DNA of 63,820 nt, filler included. It is 9 parts of 9 records of this genome, joined end to end, with 100 filler letters (N's around TTAATTAATTAA, not from the genome) between each part and the next. Parts side by side here need not be neighbours in the genome. Positions count along the whole stretch, not along the records: positions 59,048 to 63,820 come from SRR7504441_140; 8 more parts are not named here. The stretch is one strand, 5' to 3'. The first letter of the stretch is position 1; each line of letters begins with the position of its first letter. Of the stretch, positions 58,948-63,820 are shown in pieces. The translations under genes and the position numbers were made by a program. The notes below the pieces were generated by a model that searched no databases, was not told the origin of the DNA, and saw nothing but the letters and a program-made list of their open reading frames with translations.

Positions 58948-59047
58948 NNNNNNNNNNNNNNNNNNNNNNNNNNNNNNNNNNNNNNNNNNNNTTAATTAAT
59001 TAANNNNNNNNNNNNNNNNNNNNNNNNNNNNNNNNNNNNNNNNNNNN
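58948..59047. other. Artificial contig spacer
   Basis: N44-TTAATTAATTAA-N44. Confidence 0.98.
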
Positions 59048-59079
59048 GTAGTCTACTACAGTACGAATCGTACGGCGCT

Positions 59080-61745
59080 ATGGAACCATCGCCGGGGCCG
59101 GTGGCCAACAGCAGCGCCAATGTCCGCCATTCACAGATGCACCCCAAGTTCCTTCACTCCAACAGCACCGCCCACAAGTGGGCCTTTGGTGCCGGCCCAG
59201 CCGGCGGCCGGGCCCACTGTGCTCACAGGCGCGATCGCCGAGTTGATCGACAATGCCGCCGACCCGGACGTGTGCGCTACGAGCCTCGCGATCGAAGCGG
59301 AGAACATCGACCGGTCGGGCTCGATGGTGCGGCTGGTGATCAAGGACAACGGGAACGGGATGGAGCCGGACAGGCTGCTGAGGATGCTGAGGTGCGGTCG
59401 CCCAGGCACGTGGCTCAACCGGCGGTGGCCAGCTTTGGGTATTGTGATAAGAAGGACACGATGATCAACGGCCGGCTGCACCAGGCCATCGGGCACTATG
59501 GCAACGGATTCAAATCGGGCAGCATGCGGCTGGGTGCGGGGCTGGCCGGTGCGGGCTGAGCCAGCTGGGTGCAGCCAAGGACGCCATAGTGTTTACCCGA
59601 CCCAAGAGCAACCCGCTCCAGATCTCGGTCGGGCTGCTCTCGCAGACCTACCTGGAGGCCATAGGGGCCGATGAAGTGAAGATTCCTATTGCCACCTGGA
59701 CCGAGGACAGAAAGGAGCACCAGTGGATATTGAGAGATAACGAGACCGACTGCGCCAGCATGGAGCACATTCTACGGTACACGCCCTGGCACACCCAGGA
59801 GGCCCTCATCCAGTACGGCCGCGAGCACATTGCCAAGCACGGCGAGCGTCACGGCACAACGATTGTGATGTTCAACCTAGAGTGGTAAAACCGGCTAGCT
59901 GGCCCGTGCCCACCCTTGGGCAGCAAACCGGACGGCTCGACCGAGCTGTCATTCGAGCCGCACCAGCACGACATCACGCTGCAGTTCACAGACGTCAACG
60001 GCAAGAAGATACCGTATGCCAGGGAACGAATGTTCCAGGAGCGCGGTGCAGCGATCGATAATTCGCTCCGGGAGTACTGCGCTGTGCTCTACCGCAAACC
60101 GCGGATGAAAATCAGCATATTCGGCAAGAAAGTACCCCCTGGCGTGCGCTGTCCGCTTAGCTGTTGGGTAGGTGCAATCGCGTCTGATAGAGAAGACACT
60201 GGGCCAGACACTGGTTAAGTCTTACCGACCGCAAACAGGCCGGAGCTCAGGATGGACGGATCACCGGAACGCGCCAGAGCAAGTGATGATCGTTCTCGGG
60301 TTCAATAAGAAGGCGGACGACTATGGCATGATGCTGTATCACAAGGGCCGGCTAATCAAGTCCGGGGCTGCCTTTCTGTTCTTACTCGGTTTTCAGGCCA
60401 TATGTGAGAGTTGGCCTCCAGCAGCGGGCCAACCGGATGGGGATCGGGGTGATCGGGGTGGTCGAGGCTAATTACCTCAAACCGACCCACGAAAAGCAGG
60501 ACTTCCATCAGGACACGGTGGGTCGCCAGCCCAGCCCAGCCGACCAGCCGGGGATTGGCAGAACTACAGAAATCTGATGCACAAGCTGACTGAAGAGCTG
60601 AAAACATATTGGCAGGAGCAGACAGGCCGGCGGGGGGTTTTGCAGGGCAACACCGGGGAAGGCGAGCTCGATATGGTCCAACTGTTACAGAACGAGTTGC
60701 TTCCGGCTGCGCTACCTGGCCAGCAGCCGGTGCGGATTATTCGAGAGCAGTGGGTACAATGTGACAACCCTGACTGTCTCAAGTGGCGCAAACTGCCCAG
60801 GGAAGTTGCTGCCGACTCATTGCCTGACAAATGGACGTGCGACATGAATCCAGACCTGTCGTTCAACAACTGCATGGTCCCCGAGGAGCCGGACCACCTC
60901 GCACTACAATCACACCACGCGCTTCCAAACATCCCGCCATCACAAGGAGCCGAGCCACTTCAAGACGCACAGCGATTGGCTGCAGACCAGCAAAAGTTCG
61001 AGGAGCGAATCCAAAAGCAAGCTGCAGAGGATGCTGAGAGACAGCGCAGGAACGCAGCCGAGGCAGCCAGGCTGGAGGTGAGCTTTAGACAGGAGTTGCC
61101 TGAGCCTCTTGTGGCAGGCGCGGGCCCAGGAGCAACAAAGCCGGCTGAAGCAAGCAGTCACTGCGGACTCGGTGGTGCAGCAGGCCGTCAAGGACCAAGC
61201 AGCCCGAGCAGTGCAGGCATGCTAGCGAGGCAATATGATCTGAGTGCGTAGACAGATGCAAATAGAGCAAAACACCCAAAACCAGCAGAGGATCAATCAT
61301 GTTGTCTCTGAAGAGGGCGCGATTGCGGTGATCTGCGGTAGATGCCCTGTCCTATAGCAGTGTGACAGGTGCTCAATCAAACCAAGGCAGATCCAGTTAG
61401 TTTGCAACCCGTGATAACAGGAGTAAAACGCAGCCATGCAGATATGGAGCAACCCAGCCAGCAGCCCGCACAATCGCGAGACAATGAATTGTCTAGCCTG
61501 ATGAATGACATTCTGGGCGGAGTTTTAGAAATGATGGAAAGTCATGCTGGGCTTGAATTTGTGGTGCGCTGCTGACTTGGAAGCCATGCTTGATGATACT
61601 GATTTGTTGTTGCGTGCAGGAAGAGGAAATAGGTGATGTGTTCGAACAAGGCTCTATCGAAGAGATAGCAAAGCGTGTGCTTAGTTTAATGCCGAAGTTC
61701 AGTAAGCTTGTGAAAGCACGCCTTACTGTACACAACTTGGATTAG
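59080..61745 (+). CDS. MORC: MORC-family GHKL ATPase with S5 domain, CW zinc finger and coiled coil
   Basis: HPKFLHSNSTAHKWAFG|AIAELIDNA, DNGNGM, IGHYGNGFKSGSMRL, VGLLSQTYL, SLREYCAVLY, GVIGVVEANYLKPTHEKQDF, WVQCDNPDCLKWRKLP..WTCDMNPD..C..PEE. Confidence 0.93.
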
Positions 61746-61907
61746 AAAGCAAGGAGGTCTCTAGAGTATAATTAGCGTATACTAGTCATGTAGCTAGCCC
61801 GTAAACAGTTTATTTCCCCGGTATACGGCTATTAGAGCTGCCTACTCGTAAAGCCGCCGATCGCAAGTTCAGCTGGGCGTAAGCTGGGCAGAGACCAGCT
61901 AACAAAA

Positions 61908-63541
61908 TCAAGCGACGTCGGCTAGGCCCATGGCTAGCCCTCGAGCATTGACGCACTTCGTGCTACTCTTGATTGTGTCAAGCTCCAACACTTGGAACTC
62001 TTTCCTTTGCTGCTCTAATTGCGCAGCATTCTCCCTACAAATAACGAGTTCCTGCCATGTAATCGTTAGCTGCTGCTCTAGCTTAGCACTTGTGACTGAC
62101 CTCAGTATCTTCTGTCTTGCTCAAGATCTTGTGCCTCCGCTGTGTCGTATCCAACTCAGCGCATGCCTTATCTCTTTGGTGTGAGACCAAAGCCAGCTCG
62201 TTTCTGAGAAGATTTACCTCTTGCTGCAGCTCCCTGAAGGAAGATCTGGTCAGACAAACGGCACAAGCATAGCAGCACTACTCATAGGCCTCGGCAACAA
62301 GACTGACTTGCACTGATTGCCAAACTCTAGCAACGAGCACTCCAGCTCGTTCTTCTCACTGGTTAGCTGTGCCATGCTCAGCTCCATCCCGTCACTGAAG
62401 CACCAGCACAGCTGAGCTAGGTCAGGTCAAGAGCCCACCTGTGTGCGGTTGCCACCCCGATGGATGTGCAAAGTTCATCTTTTACACATTCCAGCCGAAA
62501 CTCGGCGTCGTCCTTCATTCTTTCCATCTCCTGGCCAGCATACGGCTGAGATTTTAAAGTCGCCAGCAAGCAGCTGGACCTGTCGCAACTTGTTGTACCG
62601 ATGTTCAGCTTGTTGCCGAGCACTCTCCAGCGACTCGATAGCTCGCCACTTGAGTTGATTCTCCTCCTGCACCAGTGCTCATCAGGCACACACCATGCCA
62701 CACCTGAGCTTCGCGCACTTGCTCGATCTGGGTAGCACGCAGGCTGTCCGAGGACAATTTCTGCTGTTTCAAATCTTCAATCTCAGCAGCCTGCTGCTGA
62801 ATCAACAACAGATCCCTGGCACTATCCTGCACACTGGATTCAGTGGACGAGTTCCCAACGGCTCAGCAGGGCCACCTTGGCATGATCGCTCAGCTCCTCC
62901 GCCAGCGCCTCCTCACGCTGCGAGGCCTGGTATAGTTGCTGCTGCAGAGCGATTAGTTCGGCCTCCAGCTCCAGCAGCCCCTGGCCTAGCTCGGCAGAAA
63001 TCTCTCAATTCAGCACCTTGCTGCGTGAAGCAAGCAGTTCACTCACTGCAGATTGCTGCAGGCTTAAGTTTGCCTCGCCCCTAAGCTCTTCGACAATTCT
63101 GTCCCCTGGAGTCACCGGCCGGCTCAAGTGTTGTGATCGGCGCGACCTGAACATTGTCTGAGCAGTCTCACAACCTTGGACCAGCGATTCCTCATTGACC
63201 TCTTGGGAGAATGCCGATTTCAGCAGACGCTGCGCGTGCTCGAGCTTTTGACACAGGAGCAGGATTGTGGTCTCGAGCAACCTGTTGCTCAGCTCCCGGC
63301 GGCACACAGCATTTCGCAACTCGACCAGCGCGTGCACAGCCAGACCGAAATCCTCGGACTCTTGAGACGTCGCATTGTCAGGCTGCTCCCACTGTCTGTG
63401 GGATCTGTGCTGAGCTCCAAAGAAATCATCCGATATCTGACGCAGGCCTGCGAGCAGCTTGGTCCCTACCAGCTCATCGTCGGCAGCCTCCGGCCGGACG
63501 AGGTCGGCGAGAGCGCCCTTGATCGCGACAGTGCTGATCAT
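61908..63541 (-). CDS. Coiled-coil protein of unknown function, multi-exon; 3' end approximate
   Basis: Chain of E/Q/L-rich exons separated by short introns, starting MISTVAIKGALADL. Confidence 0.55.
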
Positions 63542-63820
63542 CGGACCCTGCAGGCCTACGAGGGACACCAAACGACGCCTGAAGTGTATCACAGTGGCTG
63601 AGGAGCGAGCCCGAGGTTCAATCTGCCCGCTGGAGCGGCCGAGGCCCACTCAAGCATTGCAACCCAGCATTTGTAAGTTCAAGTTATAACAAATTTGTAG
63701 TAGCCTACCAGGTATTCAGTGAGCTTTCCACACGCTTTGATTCTATGATTCTGGAATAACGCGGGATTTTTAGCGACCTTATAGCGACCTAACCTATTGT
63801 CTCTTTGGAGGGTTTAGCTT

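Overview
Eukaryotic, GC-rich, gene-dense nuclear DNA from a probably flagellated protist. The window is nine contigs joined by eight artificial 100-nt spacers (N44-TTAATTAATTAA-N44), so adjacency across spacers means nothing. Genes carry many tiny (~37-55 nt) spliceosomal introns, many with GC instead of GT donors, and often sit head-to-head 65-145 bp apart. Recognisable genes include a PX-AGC kinase, mitochondrial IF-3, MED6, a NEK kinase, a GT4 glycosyltransferase, an HMG/MBD/bromodomain chromatin protein, a DENN protein, GH65, a RING-H2 ligase, PLAC8, DNAAF2, two PKD2-like channels, DPH2, a PDZ-DUF1336 protein, an Ffh M-domain-only protein and MORC-CW. Four signals stand out. (1) A complete 2'-5' oligoadenylate synthetase (OAS)-like gene lies next to a Upf1-like helicase and an ankyrin protein, a candidate protist antiviral locus. 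(2) A 9bp-TA-9bp direct-repeat footprint recurs in non-coding DNA. (3) An MBD domain is inserted inside an HMG box. (4) GC-AG introns are frequent. All calls come from reading motifs by eye, and exon boundaries are manual.
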